Source: Eledone cirrhosa (Eukaryota). From it: DNA of 64,000 bases. Numbering within the stretch: position 1 is the stretch's first letter; each line of letters begins with the position of its first letter. A model generated the notes under the pieces. It worked only from the letters and a program-made list of their open reading frames with translations. It had not been told where the DNA came from and did not search any database. A program made the translations under genes and the position numbers. The stretch covers positions 83,142,001 to 83,206,000 of the forward strand of contig OZ024743.1 of NCBI GenBank assembly GCA_964016885.1, in the 5' to 3' direction. Of this stretch, positions 36,101-51,818 are shown piece after piece.

Positions 36101-38233
36101 TATTATATTAATTATATTAATTATATTAATTATATTTTATTATATTATATTGTAATAATTATATTAATTATATTATATTAATTATAATAATTATAATAAT
36201 TAGATTTATTATATTATATTATATTATTTGTATTACATCTTATTTTATAATATATTATATTATATTAATTATATTAATTATATTAATTATATTATATTAT
36301 AATATATTATTTTAATTATATTAAATATATTAATTATATTAATTACATTAATTATATTATATTATAATATATTAATTCAATTAATTCAATTAATTATATT
36401 AATTATATTAATTATATTATATTTTATTATATTATATTATCTCAATTATATTAATTATTTTAATTATATTATAATATATTATATTAATTATATTAATTAT
36501 ATTATATTATATTATATTAATTATATTAATGACATTAATTATTTTTGTGGATTGGCAGTATCGGTAGAGGGTCGGACGCCATGCTTTCCAGCATAGTTAC
36601 GTCCCTTTACGATCTGAGTTCAAATCCCGCTGAGGTTGACTTTGCCTTTCATCCTTACGGGGTCGATAAAATAAAGTACCAGTAATGCACTGGGTAATTT
36701 GCTGGCCTTGAGCCTAAAGTAGAAACAATTATATTAATTATATTATATTATATTATATTATATTATATTATATTATATTATATTATATTATATTAATTAT
36801 ATTTAATTATATTAATTATATTATATTATTTTATATTAATTATAATAATTATATTATATTATATTATATCATATTATGTTGTTGGATTGGCAGTATCGGT
36901 AGAGGGTCGGACGCCATGCTTTCCAGCATAGTTATGTCCCTTTACGATCTGAGTTCAAATCCCGCCGAGGTTGACTTTGCCTTTCATCCTTACGGGGTCG
37001 ATAAAATAAAGTACCAGTAATGCACTGGGTAATTGCTGGCCTTGTGCCTAAAGTAGAAACAATTAATTATATTAATTAAGGGCGGTGAATTGGCAGTTTC
37101 GGTAGAGGGTCGGACGCCATGCTTTGACGCATAAAGTTACGGCCCTTACCATTCTGAGTGCAAATGCCGCTGAGGTTAACTTTGCCTTTCATCCTTACGG
37201 GGTCGATAAAATAAAGTACCAGTAATGCACTGGTTAATTGCTGGCTGGCCTTGTGCCAATAGTATAAACAATTAATTATATTAATTATATTAATTATATC
37301 ATATTATATTATATTATTTTATATTATATTATATTATATTATATTTTATTAATTATATTAATTATATAATATATTATATTATATTAATTATATTAATTAT
37401 ATTATATTAATTATATTATATTATATTATGTTATATTATATTAATTATAGGCAGTATAGGTAGAGAGTCGGACGCCATGCTTTCCAGCATAGTTACGTCC
37501 CTTTACGATCTGAGTTCAAATCCCGCCGAGGTTAACTTTGCCTTTCATCCTTACAGGGTCGATAAAATAAAGTACCAGTAATGTACTGGAAAATTGCTGG
37601 CCTTGTGCCAAATGTAGAAACAATTATATTAATTATATTATATTATATTATATTATATGGTATTATATTATATTATATTAATTATAATAATTATATTAAT
37701 TATATTATATTATATTATATTAATTATATTAATTATATTATATTATATTATATTATATTATATTAATTATATTATATTATATTAAATTACATTATATTAT
37801 ATTATATTAATTATTATATTATATGATTTTAATTATATTATATTATATTATATTATATTATATTAATTATATTAATTATATTATAATCTATTATATTATA
37901 ATATAATATATTAATTATATTAATTATATTAATTATATTAATTAAATTTTATTATCGGTGGATTGGCAGTATCAGTAGAGGGTCGGACACCATGCTTTGA
38001 CACAAAGAGTTACATCCCTTTCTGATCTGAGTTCAAATCCCGCCGAGGTTGACTTTGCCTTTCATCCTTACGGGGTCGATAAAATAAAGTACCAGTAATG
38101 TACTGAGTAATTGCTGCCCTTGTGCCACAAGTAGAAATAATTATATTATATTATATTAATTATATTATATGATATTATATTAATTATATTATATTATATT
38201 ATATTATATTATATTATAATATATTATATTATA
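30158..38233 (+). repeat. (ATATT)n/(ATTAATTAT)n microsatellite field hosting 12 family-B SINEs and a Helitron
   Basis: SINEs at about 30258(-), 30493, 30790, 30989, 31235, 31735, 35140, 36547, 36883, 37080, 37450 and 37955 (all +). Confidence 0.9.
32353..35046 (+). mobile_element. Helitron deletion derivative with Pif1-like helicase remnant
   Basis: 5' TC; [35 protein letters not shown] and [13 protein letters not shown] motifs; 3' hairpin CCCGGGCAACGCCGGG then CTAG|T; no Rep domain seen. Confidence 0.9.
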
Positions 38234-39242
38234 GGGAAGTTCCCATCCCACTAGCTATAAGGACAGCAGCCCCACCACACCGAGCCCATGGTAAACAAGC
38301 CCCTGCACAATCACCACCCCTACCCCTGCCTCGATCCACTCCTGTGACAACACATGCTTATGCATATGTCCATACATAGATACTGTTATTTAAGATTGTA
38401 TATACACAGATACTTACATGTGTGTATGTGTATGTGTGTGTTTATGTGGGTGTGGGTGTGTGGGTTTATAATGTGTGTGTGTGTGTGCATAGGAGATGCA
38501 CCTGGGCCTGTGCGTGTGTGCTTGGAACAATGTGAGTTGACATACACGCATATGTACTCTATGCCGAAATAGGAACTGTAGTCCTCTGTATTTCCGGATT
38601 TTAACACTCGGGTTCTGGTGTTTTACACTCCACCCTTTTCTCAGAATAGATGCCAACCCACACACACAAATTCTTCAAAACATAGCAGCAGCCGAACTAA
38701 AGCTGACCTGACTACTGACTCCCTAACACCACTACCAACACAAGGGAGGAGGTCAGCTGTACTTAACAAAAACAACCACAACAGATTGCCTTGCCTCAGA
38801 AAAATTTCTATAGAGTTTTGACTGAGGAATGTTCTCACAACTGACCAATGGGAGGAGAGAATGTCCTTTGACGCCGAAATTCGTTTGTTCGAATTCATAT
38901 GATTCCAGTTCCTCAGAGAAATAACAACCCAACCAGGAACTGGGCATATTGGAGTATTGACGGAGTTAAACACTTCAACAACATGTGTACCTGTCTCTAC
39001 CACACCAATTCGGACTGCCTGAAGAGGTCACAGCCAATGATGGCTGTCACCAAAATATATATAGCAGCACACCTTTAATAAACAAAGCCAAATTTTAAAT
39101 ATTTGACTTAATTAATTTATTTTATATTACTCTGGAGTAACCAAACCAACCTGCGTACTTCGTCGAGTGCTCCAATCTGCAAACTGAGGTGTCGGTAAAC
39201 AACCAACATATACTAAAAAAAAAATATATATATATATATATA

Positions 39243-41791
39243 TGGTTGGTGCTGAGTCTTGGGTGTTTCTTTTTCGTGAGATCTTTCACAATTTGAAAGG
39301 CCCTTTTGCTGTTGCTCCTGTTCAGGCACTCTTCCATCTCAGTGGGCTGCTTCTCTATCCATTCTGCTTTGGCCTTCCTAATCCCTTTCCTGATCTCTCT
39401 GTATGCTGATACTCCAGTTGTTTTAAGCTTGGATGATTTTAGTTCTCTTCTTGTATTACACAATTTAAGAACTTCTGTGACCCAAGGTTGAGATTTCCTG
39501 TGGCTTTTCCCTAAGACATCGTTTGCTTACCGTGTTGAACTTAGCTGTCATTGTTTCAACACCCTCTTCAAGCGCAAACAGAGCTGCAAATTTTCCACCA
39601 ACAGTTATTGGAAGGATTCAGCAATGGTGGGGTTCTTCAGCCTGTCCAAGTTGAACTTCAGTCTGGTGTTCTTGCGCTTCTTGATCTTCTTTAGTCTAAC
39701 TCTGAAGTTCAGCAGCACCAAATCATGGTCACTCCCTATAGTCACGCACCTGGAAAAGTTCTTATTTTGGCCTGCCGATTCCAGACCAAAACTGGTTCTT
39801 CACCATAATGTTCTATCTGGTGGTGTGTACCGTAGGGGCAGTGTCAAGTCGAGCACCTCGATGCTTTATGCTTACCAAGGGTGTTAACCAGCACCATGTC
39901 ATTACAACTGGCAAATTCAAGCAGGTGAAGTTCTCGCCAGTCTTTCACCCTATCCTCACCCACTTTGACATTCAAATCTCCCTGTACAAGAAGGATATCT
40001 TTCCAATCAACCTTGTCAATGTCGTTCTGAAGTTCGATGTATAACTCCTCCACCTGTTCGTCTTCATAGTCAGATGTTGGTGCACAGGCCTGTACTACTG
40101 TGATGTTAAATGGTGCCATTCAAAGGTGGATGCTGATGTGCCAGCTGTATCTCCTCATTTCATGAGTGAGTTCCTGCAGTTTGCCGTGTTGGGCAAGTGT
40201 TCTCACATTCCAAGTGGCAATTGTGAGGTTCTCCTTCATGCGGATCCTTTTCGATACATTTCCAGTTGTATATTTAGCACCTCCTCCCTGGTGTACAATA
40301 GATGGCACGGTCCTTGTTAGCCCGGGCGACGACCGAGCCAGTATTGTCATTGGTGATTCCCAAGACAAGCAGGGAAAATGCCTCACGGAGGAAAACGACG
40401 TTGCCAGGAGATGAACAGAATACTGCTGAAAGCTGTACAGCCATGAGACCCATGGAGACCCCAGGGTACTTATCAGTCAAGAAGTGTCAAACAGGGATGA
40501 CTTCCCTGTCCTGTGCAAAGAAGTGGAGACGGCAATTAAATCACTGAAAACTGGAGAAACAGCTGGTACAGACAACATTCCAGCAGAACTGATAACACAT
40601 GGAGGAGAGGCTGTGACTGAAGTTCTTACCAAAATCTGTAACAAAATCTGGCAGACTGGAGAGTGGCCATTGCCGTGGACTCAGTCACTCATTATCATAC
40701 TCCTCAAGTAGGACAATCTACAACACTGCCAAAATTATAGAACCATCAGCCTTGTCAGCCACACAAGCAAAGTGATGTTGAAAGTTATTCTGAAGAGGCT
40801 TAAGTCACAGGCTGAGAAAATCATTGCGGAGGAGCAGCACAGAGCAAATTTTCAATCTGAGAGTTCTGTGTGAGAAGTATAGCCAACACCAACAGGATCT
40901 GTTCCAAGGGTTTGTTGACTTCAAGAAAGCCTTTGACAGGATATGGCATGACACATTGTGGGTGACCATGAAGAAATATAACATTGGCCAAAAGATCACC
41001 CACATGATACAACAGCTGTGTGTGAAAGCCTCAAGTGTGGTACTGGTCCAAGGCATGATGGGGGATTGGTTCTACACATCAGTAGAAGTCCGGCAGGGCT
41101 GTCTCCTCTCCCTGACACTGTTCAACATCTTCCTTGAACGAATCATGACAGTCGCCCTAGAGGGCAATCCTGGCTCAGTGTAGGAGGACAAACTGTCACA
41201 AACCTCAGGTTCACTGATGACATTGATGGCTTAGCTGGTAGTGAAGAAGAACTCTCTAAGCTGGTGAACCACCTGGATATAACCTCTAATAGATACAGCA
41301 TGGAAATCAGTGCTGAGAAAACCAAGCTGATGACAAACTCCTCAAAGTCAATAGAAAAAAAGATCACAGTCAACGATCAAGAGATGAAGACTGTGATACA
41401 GTTCAAAGTACGTTGGTGCCATCAACAGTGATGAGGGATCAAAGCCAGGGCTCCTTGCAAGGAGTGCACTAACAACCACAGCACTTGCTAAACTGAAACC
41501 ACCCTGGAGAGATAAAAACATCACTCTCAAGTACAAAATAAAATTACTGTGTGTGTTGGTCATGTTCATTTTCCTATATGCATATGAGTCATGGACCCTA
41601 ATTGTGGAACTGTTAAGGAAGATCCAAGCAGGGGTGATGAGATGCTTTTGGAGAATCCCGGGAATCTCCTACACAGAGAAGATCCTGAACGAGGAAGTCC
41701 GCAAAAGAATCATCCAGCATGTGAGCGACTTTGAAGATCTGCTGCCCACGGTGAAGAGGAGGAAGCTGAGGTGGTATGGACATGTAACAAG
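39243..41791. mobile_element. BovB-like RTE LINE with inverted 5' part (39243-40356 on -, 40357-41791 on +)
   Basis: ATWNVRTL and other APE motifs on the minus strand; QDKQGKCLTE, FVDFKKAFD, RQGCLLS and RKLRWYGH on the plus strand. Confidence 0.85.
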
Positions 41792-44550
41792 ATCTGCCTT
41801 TCATTTTTAGAGAGAAACCTTTTGTGGCCAACAGCAGTATTAGCTCTCTGACCTTTTTCCATCCGGTTCTTACTCTGGCTACAATACTTTCAGAACACCA
41901 CTGCTGATTTTGTCACCCAGGTAACAGAAAGTGTCAACTATTTCTATAGAACCATCTGGGCAGTTGAAGGAGATAGCATTCAGTGGGTCCTTGCTACCTA
42001 CTGCACCTGAGCATTGGCCACATATAAAACCTACATTATTTGATAGCTTGCCTGTGATCCCACTACATCTTTCATGTACCCATAGTTTGGAACATAGAAA
42101 TTCTACCTACTCCTTTCCTACACACTGAGCAAAGCCATTTCCCAGAGGGCACATGTGCCCTATTTTCCTTTCTACATACTACAAAGTTAGTCTTAACCGA
42201 GTTAACTTTAAGGCCTTTTGATTCTAGGCCAAGCTTCCAGGTTCAGATTTTCTTCTCTAGTTCTGCCATAGATTCAGCTACATATATATATTACGCTATT
42301 ATGTGTTCCAGCCAGGAGGCTGAGGCCAAGCTGGGACACTGCCACCAATGCTACACTTTCTATAGCCAGCCTTCCCTGGTTGGCCATTGATGCAAAAGGG
42401 AGTTTGTTGCTGTTAGTCTTGTTGTGCTTTGCCTGGTGTTGTGGGTTCATCCAGGATCTTGGTCAGTAGATTATCAAGATGTCTCTTGAAAACATCCACA
42501 TGCACACCATGTAAATCTCTCAGATATTTTAGCAGCTTAGTAAATAGCTGGGGTCTCTGGAACCCCAGGCTATTGCAATATGTAGTCCCTATTCTTGATG
42601 CGACAGATGGGACTTTTGGCACTAACACATTGGCATCCTGTTCATGGGCTGGTCCTGTCTTCAATGCCAAAGTTTGGTGCTAACCCTTCCAGGATCTTCC
42701 ATATGTATATCACTGCATATTTCTCCTGCATCCACACTGAATCTATAGCTGAACTAGAGATGGAATTCCAGACCTGGTAACAAGGCCTAGAATCTAAAGG
42801 TCTTAAAGTCAACCTGGCAAAGACTAAAGTCCTAGTAAGTAGAAGGGGAAGCAGGGCCCAGATCTCATCTGGGAAATGGCCCTGCCTAGTGTGCAAAAAA
42901 GGAGTGGGTAGAAATTACATTCAATGTACCAAATGCAAGCAATGGATATACAAGAGATGTGGGATCTCAGGCAGGCTAACAAAGAATATAGGTTTTACTT
43001 GTGGCCGATGCACAGGGGCAGTAAGTAGCAAGAACCCTCAGGATACAATCACCTTCAAATGTTCAGAGGGGTCGGTAGAAGTGGTAGATATTTTCTGTTA
43101 CCTGGGTGACCAAATCAGTAGTTGGGGAGGGTGTTATGAAAGCACAGTAACCAGAGTGAGATCGGGTTGGGAATGCTGACCTTAGACAATTACACCTCTC
43201 AAATGCAATGACACAGCACCACAACCTCTGGCGCTATGCAGTTTTACAGAAGAACCACCTCTATTATTCTCAAGCTGTGGCTTATACCTTCCCCAAATTT
43301 CTCCCCTTCATTCACCTCCCTTTGTGGTAACCATCCCTCCCCTATTATCTATGTCCAAAACTTCCCCAAGTCCTCTCCCCTCCCAAGTCCCAAAACAAAA
43401 GTGCCCAGTTCACACTGTAATGTGGTCATGTAGGTGACACAACAAAAAACACCCAGCATAGACTGTAAATGTGGTTGGCGTTAGGAAAGGCATCCAGCCC
43501 TAGAAAACCAGCCAGAAACAGTCCTATATGAGCGAGACATGGTCACCTGACCCAACTTATCTTTAAATGGGACAAACCTGTCTAACCCATGCTAGCGTGG
43601 AAGATAGAAGTTAAATGATTATGATGATATATATATAATCAGAGTTTGTGTGTGTGTACGAACATATGTTAAAGTAAAACTACCTGAGGGGAGGGCTTTT
43701 CAAACATTGTATACATACAAATAAAATGTTGCAGTCTGTTATTATCCTTGCAATTTGATGTCGGAAACACCCTTCAGAAGTGTTAAGGTTTTGAGAAGCA
43801 AGAGAGAGAGAGAGTGAGAGAGAGAGAGAGCTTATAGAAAGAAACGAAGCTTGCATGCTCCGATGGATGTGTAATAGTAATATACGTGAACGGCAAATCA
43901 TAAACGAATCGAGAGAGAGAGACTGAACATAAGAGGAATCAAATCCTGTGTGCAGGAGAGGAGATTACACTGGTATGGACATGTGATGCATATAAAGGAT
44001 GACAGTTGCATAAAAAAAGGTGCAGAGCGCTTAAAGTCAATGGAAACCTTGGAGTGGGGAGACCCAAGAAGACCTGGGATGAGGTGATAAAAGCAGATCT
44101 TGCCCAATTGCACCTCTCAAAAGCGATGACACAGAACCGACATCTCTGGCGTTACACAATAATACAGAAGACCCGATTTTCCACGGGTACAAGCCGAAGC
44201 TGAAGCATATAGACAGTATGCCCCTATTCCCTTCCCATGGGTACAAGCCAAAGCTGAAACATATAGACAGTATGTCCCTACCCCCTTCCCACTGTAAAGT
44301 GGTCGGGTAGGTGTCACGAAAAAAAATCACCCAGCCCACACTGTAAAGTGGTTGTGTATGGTAAAAAGCACCCAGTACTCACTGTAAATAAGGTTGGCAC
44401 TAGGAAGGGCATCCAGCTGTAGAAACCAAGGTAAAATCAGTTCTGTATGAGCAAGACACCTGACCTGGCATTGCCCACAACAGGACAACTCGTCTAACCC
44501 ATGCTAGCATGAAAGAATGGACATAAAACAGTGATAATGATGATGATGAT
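41792..44550. mobile_element. Mosaic of RTE fragments (41792-42280 -, 42738-43174 +, 43835-44180 + with tails) and a CR1 3' fragment (42400-42735 -)
   Basis: Homology by eye to 18101-21088 and 29900-30150; modular tails at 43400-43628 and 44290-44550. Confidence 0.75.
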
Positions 44551-44729
44551 AACAGTGACTGAGATCCTTATTTATAAACTAAATTTGTGAACATTCTATG
44601 ACAATACAATGGCTGTGGTCCTTGTTTATAAACCATCTTTGTGGAAGCGGCAGACATGTTTCGATATTATTAGATCTTCTCAGTGAAGTATATTTAATTT
44701 AGATATTGAGACAGTGAGATCGAAGCTGA

Positions 44730-45880
44730 GCATGGCAAAGACAACTACAATGACATTCCACCTGAATACCAAGGAGGCCACTCATCAGCTCAGTGGCCGT
44801 GACAGCTCATCCCTCTAATATAACTGTTTCTACTTTTGGCACAAGGCCAGCAATTATCCCAGTGCATTACTGGTACTTTATTTTATCGATCTCCGTAAGG
44901 AGGAAAGGCAAAGTTAACCTTGGCGGGATTTGAATTCAGATCATAAAGGGTCGTAACTCTATGCTAGAAAGCATGGTGTCCGACTCTCTACCAATACTGC
45001 CAATCCACCACTCTAATATAATCTATCCCTCTCATATAACATCACACCAACATATCTGAAAGTGAAATTGTACTGACAGCTGACCTACAGGCAACACCTT
45101 GAGTTCTTACATGCACAGATCTTTGCAAGGAACAACCTTCTATGCCATTTGACAAGCTCATCATGGGGTGTTAGTACATCTCACCCAAGGTACCAGTGCC
45201 CTAGCATTAATCTAAGGGGTGCTGCGGCATACAACTTCCCTGCATGGAGCAGAAGCTCCCATACGTAGAAGCTAAATACATCCCTAAACAATACTTAAGG
45301 CTCATCAACAGATGTCTTCATCGTACACCAACTGAGTATCTACCTGTGCTTTCAGGTATTGCTGCTGCATCATTTCATAGAAAGCATTACACGCACAGGT
45401 TGGTAACCAAGGCCTCAATAGGCCCAAGTCATCCACTCAATTACATAGCTGAAGATTCTCAGTTATTAAACCCACATGGCTTAATGTCATGTCACCCTTC
45501 CAGGCCTGTCAACCTCTAAAAACCCAAACGGGAATACTATGAAAAAAAGTGCCCCAAAACGGGGAGAAATGAGGCAAAGTGGGAAGATTTTACATAATGA
45601 AAGCTATACCCATTTTTCACAAGAGAAGGCAACTCTCATCCTCCTATAGTGGTTGGGAGATCTCCCCAATGGACGGGGAGAGTTAACAGGTCTGCTCTTC
45701 ATAGAAAGCATCACACACACACACACACACACATTGCTAACTCAATAGAGGCAAGTAATCCACTCCATTACATGGCTGAAGATTCTCAGCTACTGAGCAA
45801 ACATCGTTTCATGTCATGCTGCCCTTTCTCTTGTCACACAGTAAAGCTGCAAGACTCAAATTTCAATATGCTTCAGACGT
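44730..45880 (+). mobile_element. Degenerate Ingi/Vingi-like LINE fragment, interrupted by a family-B SINE (44822-45010 -) and a TIR element (45501-45694)
   Basis: FHLNTKEA, SSWG and PTEYLPVLSGIA motifs. The SINE is flanked by ATCCCTCT(A/C)ATATAAC. TIRs are CAGGCCTGTCAAC/GTTAACAGGTCTG. Confidence 0.6.
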
Positions 45881-46199
45881 GGATAGCGGGCAACAGATAT
45901 AATGATCCAACAGAGCTCTATGACGACAACCCTTATACGGGAGACGTTTTTACAAGGACGAGATTCGACGTTTGACCCCATTGTATGTCACCTTAGATCA
46001 GAGGCTCTCAAATTTTTGGGGCCACTTCCCCACTCAGCATAATACCCTCAGCGCCCCCACCCCTATTTCCGGAGAAATACGCAAAGGTTAACTTTGCTTT
46101 TCATCCTTACGGGATCGATAAAATATAGTACCAGTAATACACTGGGATAATTGCTGGCCTTGTGCCAAAATTAGAAACAATTAATTGATTAATTTATAT

Positions 46200-47400
46200 A
46201 TTACAGGGAAAAATGTGGGTGCATGTAAAGAAATATTCTTAAATTAATAAACCTAGAAATGTAAAGGACAAGTTATTACACCTGGAAAAGTAAAGGACAA
46301 GAAAACTTCTTAAAACTTCTTAAAATATTGCAGCTAAAGTCTAAATTTGAATAATAAAAAATATTTGATTTAAATATACATAGAAAGTGATAAATTCTAA
46401 TAATACAGTTGACTCTCTAATTGATAATAATACTAATTTATGATCATTTATTTAATTTTGTGATCCTAATTTACACCATAGTGGTTGGGTCATTAAATAA
46501 ATATACTTTATTTTACTTTACTAAATGAGACTGAAAAAATGAGTGACAATTATAAACATCAAATAAAACAAAATTTTGGCGTGTAAATGACACTAACAAT
46601 TAATTAATAATTAATTAGGGAGCCAACTGTAATGATAAATAATAACAAATTATAATTGTTTAATAATGAAATTTAAGACCTGTCAGAGATCAAAATAACC
46701 AATCTACATTTTTAGGTAGAGTAAAATTAGACTACAATTAAAAATTAAACATTGTCTAATTCAACAGTTCATCTAATGAATTGATGAATTCACTATAATT
46801 GATTGATTCACTATAAATGAATAATTGATGAATTGACTTTTACCTAATTTTGCCCCTTGAGATGTTTAATTTTACTATATTATAAAAAAAATCTGTAATA
46901 CTCATAAAAAGTGCAATTATATGATGCACTGTTTTTGATTTATTTTACTGCATTATTTTATAACTAAATTTTTAAAAATATAATTTGATTAAGAGTGAAA
47001 ATTTTTAAATATCTTATAACATAAATTAATAAATTGTACATATTTATTATTATTATTATTAATTAATTATTGTACAAATTATTGTACAAATTTTATTTTA
47101 AAAAGATTAATTTGTATACACCAAGAAAAAAATTAAGTATACAGTAGTCAACTCTCCCTATAAGTCATTTTTCCAGTCCTTTAAAGTGATATTTTTTTAA
47201 CAAAACTTATAATTATTTATTTTTAGTTTTATAATCTAAATATTTTTTTTCAAATTTAGACTTTAGCTGCAATATTTTAAGAAGTTTTAAGAAGTTTTCT
47301 TGTCCTTTACTTTTCCAGGTGTAATAACTTGTCCTTTACTTTTCTAGGTTTATTAATTTAAGAATATTTCTTTACATGCGCCCGCATTTTTCCCTGTAAT
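46200..47400. repeat. Long inverted repeat, ~150-bp arms (46200-46351 and 47249-47400)
   Basis: Arms differ at only a few positions; ~900-bp AT-rich spacer. Confidence 0.9.
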
Positions 47401-47521
47401 CCACTTTTTTTCCAGGCAATGCAAGGATATTATATTAATATTAATAAAAATATTTATCAACAAATAAGTTAAATAATAATAATAAATAATAATGAATAGG
47501 AAGAAGTGCAGATAGGAAAAG

Positions 47522-47594
47522 TAATCAGGGTGGGAATCGAACCCACGACCTTCGGATTGCCGGTCCGCTGCTCTAACGACTGAGCTACCTGACC
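47522..47594 (-). tRNA. tRNA-Ala(GGC)-like cloverleaf, probably TE-borne or a pseudogene
   Basis: GGTCAGG TA GCTC-AGTCGTTA-GAGC A GCGGA-CCGGCAA-TCCGA AGGTC GTGGG-TTCGATT-CCCAC CCTGATT A. 73 nt; C at position 33; one mismatch in the anticodon stem. Confidence 0.6.
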
Positions 47595-48699
47595 ACAATT
47601 CACTATTGCACAATCTATCACTATTTTAATGTATTAGAAATTAGAAACAAACTAAGCGCTACTTATGTATGTAGTTCCTTACACTCTTTTGGTCCTCACT
47701 TATTTTTATGTAACTTTTTTTCTACTGAACCAAATTTCAATATTTTTATGTCAAAAAGTACCTTATCTGTGGTCCTATGAAGTGCAAAAAACCGCATCCA
47801 ATTCTATCAAAAATTGAATTAGTGACAAAGCTTTGAAGGTGTCGCGAGTGACCGAAATGGGACCTTAAGAATATTATACACCTACTACCGTAGGTGTATG
47901 ATAACATTATATATATTTTTATTTTACTATATTTATATATATACGTATCATTTGATATTTAATTTACTATTATATCATATGCATACAATACTATAATAAT
48001 ATCATAAATGATAAATTCATGGCGTCCCCCAATCCGAATTTTTTTCATACCCCGCGAATTTCGTTATAACGGAATTTCACAGTAGCAGATGTTGAGAATG
48101 GTAGAGTTCAAATTACTTTGAGGAAGAAGCAAATTTGAATTGATGGAATGAGTACAGCACGGAAAAGAAAAGTCACGTGTCAATCGGTCCCATGATTCAT
48201 TTGTGACAACATTTTTACCACCATGATTTATTTAAAACAACATTTTTATTCCCACCATTCTTTTGAAAAGCAACTTTTATCCATCATTGTGAAGAAACGC
48301 AAAAGAAAAAAAAGGAATACTTAAAGCCATAATAAACGGTAATTAATTATTGTATCAATTAATTATAGAATGTATATAAATTTTAACAGTATATATGTGT
48401 ATGTGTGTATATATATGTGTATTTAAAATGCTTGAGAGAACAACAAAGATTTATGAATACATATATATTTATTGGCTGACAAGTTGTCTCTATTGGCTAG
48501 TAATCTGCATAACCAATCATTTTTCTTTCCTCCTGATTCGCTTACTTGCTATTTACTCTGCTTATATATATATATGTATGTATACATATCTCTCCAAGAT
48601 GACCGCTTCAATACGCAAATGTAAATTTTTACCTCCACAATTCTTTTCTCATTTTCCCCTGTTCCTTCCTCTTATCGCCTTATATTTTCTTTTATTTTC

Positions 48700-50642
<1,943 letters not shown>

Positions 50643-50645
50643 GTG

Positions 50646-51192
50646 TGTTACGTATTTCTGTAGAAAAGGTAAAGGGAAGAAGCGTGCTCTATGTATAGTA
50701 CAAAGGTATTTAATTACATAATAAACAACACAATATAATTATTCCATTGCCAAAAGTTATATATATATATATGAGAGACGTAAAATAAGAAAATTATAAA
50801 ATTAACTTACTTACTAAAATATCCAACTAATTAGTTTCTGAAATGGAATAAATATACTTTCCGAAGAAAACATAGAGAATCATTTCGTCGTCAGGGAAGA
50901 CTATTCTCAGCTAAGTATCCAGGCAAAGCGTGGACTCTGGAAACTTATTCAAAAATAATTCAGTGGATAGAAAATAGCAAAGCGTGGACTGAATTCCTAG
51001 CCATTGAGAAAATCACTGCCTCTGCGTCGGTGGCAAATTCAAAAAGAATCAATCACGTGACATCGAGGTCAATCAGTGGAAAGTGGTTTGCTAATAAGAC
51101 AGCGGCCTGCCTGCTACCATAGCGGCAGTCTTGGCCAATATTGCTCGACAAATAATTTGGAGATAATTATAAAGAATTAATATCTAGTAACA
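50646..51192. mobile_element. Solo-LTR-like element; internal 319 bp repeated at 51288-51606
   Basis: TGTTAC...GTAACA termini; 50771-51089 is repeated at an offset of 517. Confidence 0.55.
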
Positions 51193-51647
51193 TATATATA
51201 CATACAGATGCATATCAATGCTAGCAAATATATAGGTTTTGTCTTAGTAACTTTGTGGTTCAATGCATGGGGTTGCAGAACAATAATATGAGAGACGTAA
51301 AATAAGAAAATTATAAAATTAACTTACTTACTAAAATATCCAACTAATTAGTTTCTGAAATGGAATAAATATACTTTCCGAAGAAAACATTGAGAATCCT
51401 TTCGTCGTCAGGGAAGACTATTCTCAGCTAAGTATCCAGGCAAAGCGTGGACTCAGGAAACTTATTCAAAAATAATTCAGTGGATAGAAAATAGCAAAGC
51501 GTGGACTGAATTCCTAGCCATTGAGAAAATCACTGCCTCTGCGTCGGTGGCAAATTCAAAAAGAATCAATCACGTGACATTGAGGTCAATCAGTGGAAAG
51601 TGGTTTATATATATATATATACACACACATAGGTATAAGTATGTATA

Positions 51648-51818
51648 CAGGTAAAATTCCGTTATAAAGAATACCATTATGACGAACTTTTCAGTATAAC
51701 GAAATTTCTTTTCAATCCCCGAGGACGCTCAATTTGTTTTGGACGACTTCATTATAATTTTTCGTTAACAACGAACTTTTTTATACCTCGTGAATTTCGT
51801 TATAACTGAATTTCACTG
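51648..51818. mobile_element. Tigger/pogo-like MITE
   Basis: CAGGTAAAATTCCGTTATAA...TTATAACTGAATTTCACTG; a similar end lies at about 48056-48082. Confidence 0.6.

Noticed and set aside
38641-39003. 120-aa ORF
   Set aside because: No recognisable motif in either orientation; possibly decayed TE sequence.
50883-50894. CTGACGA-C-GAAA on the minus strand as a hammerhead
   Set aside because: No stem II and no supporting stems I or III.
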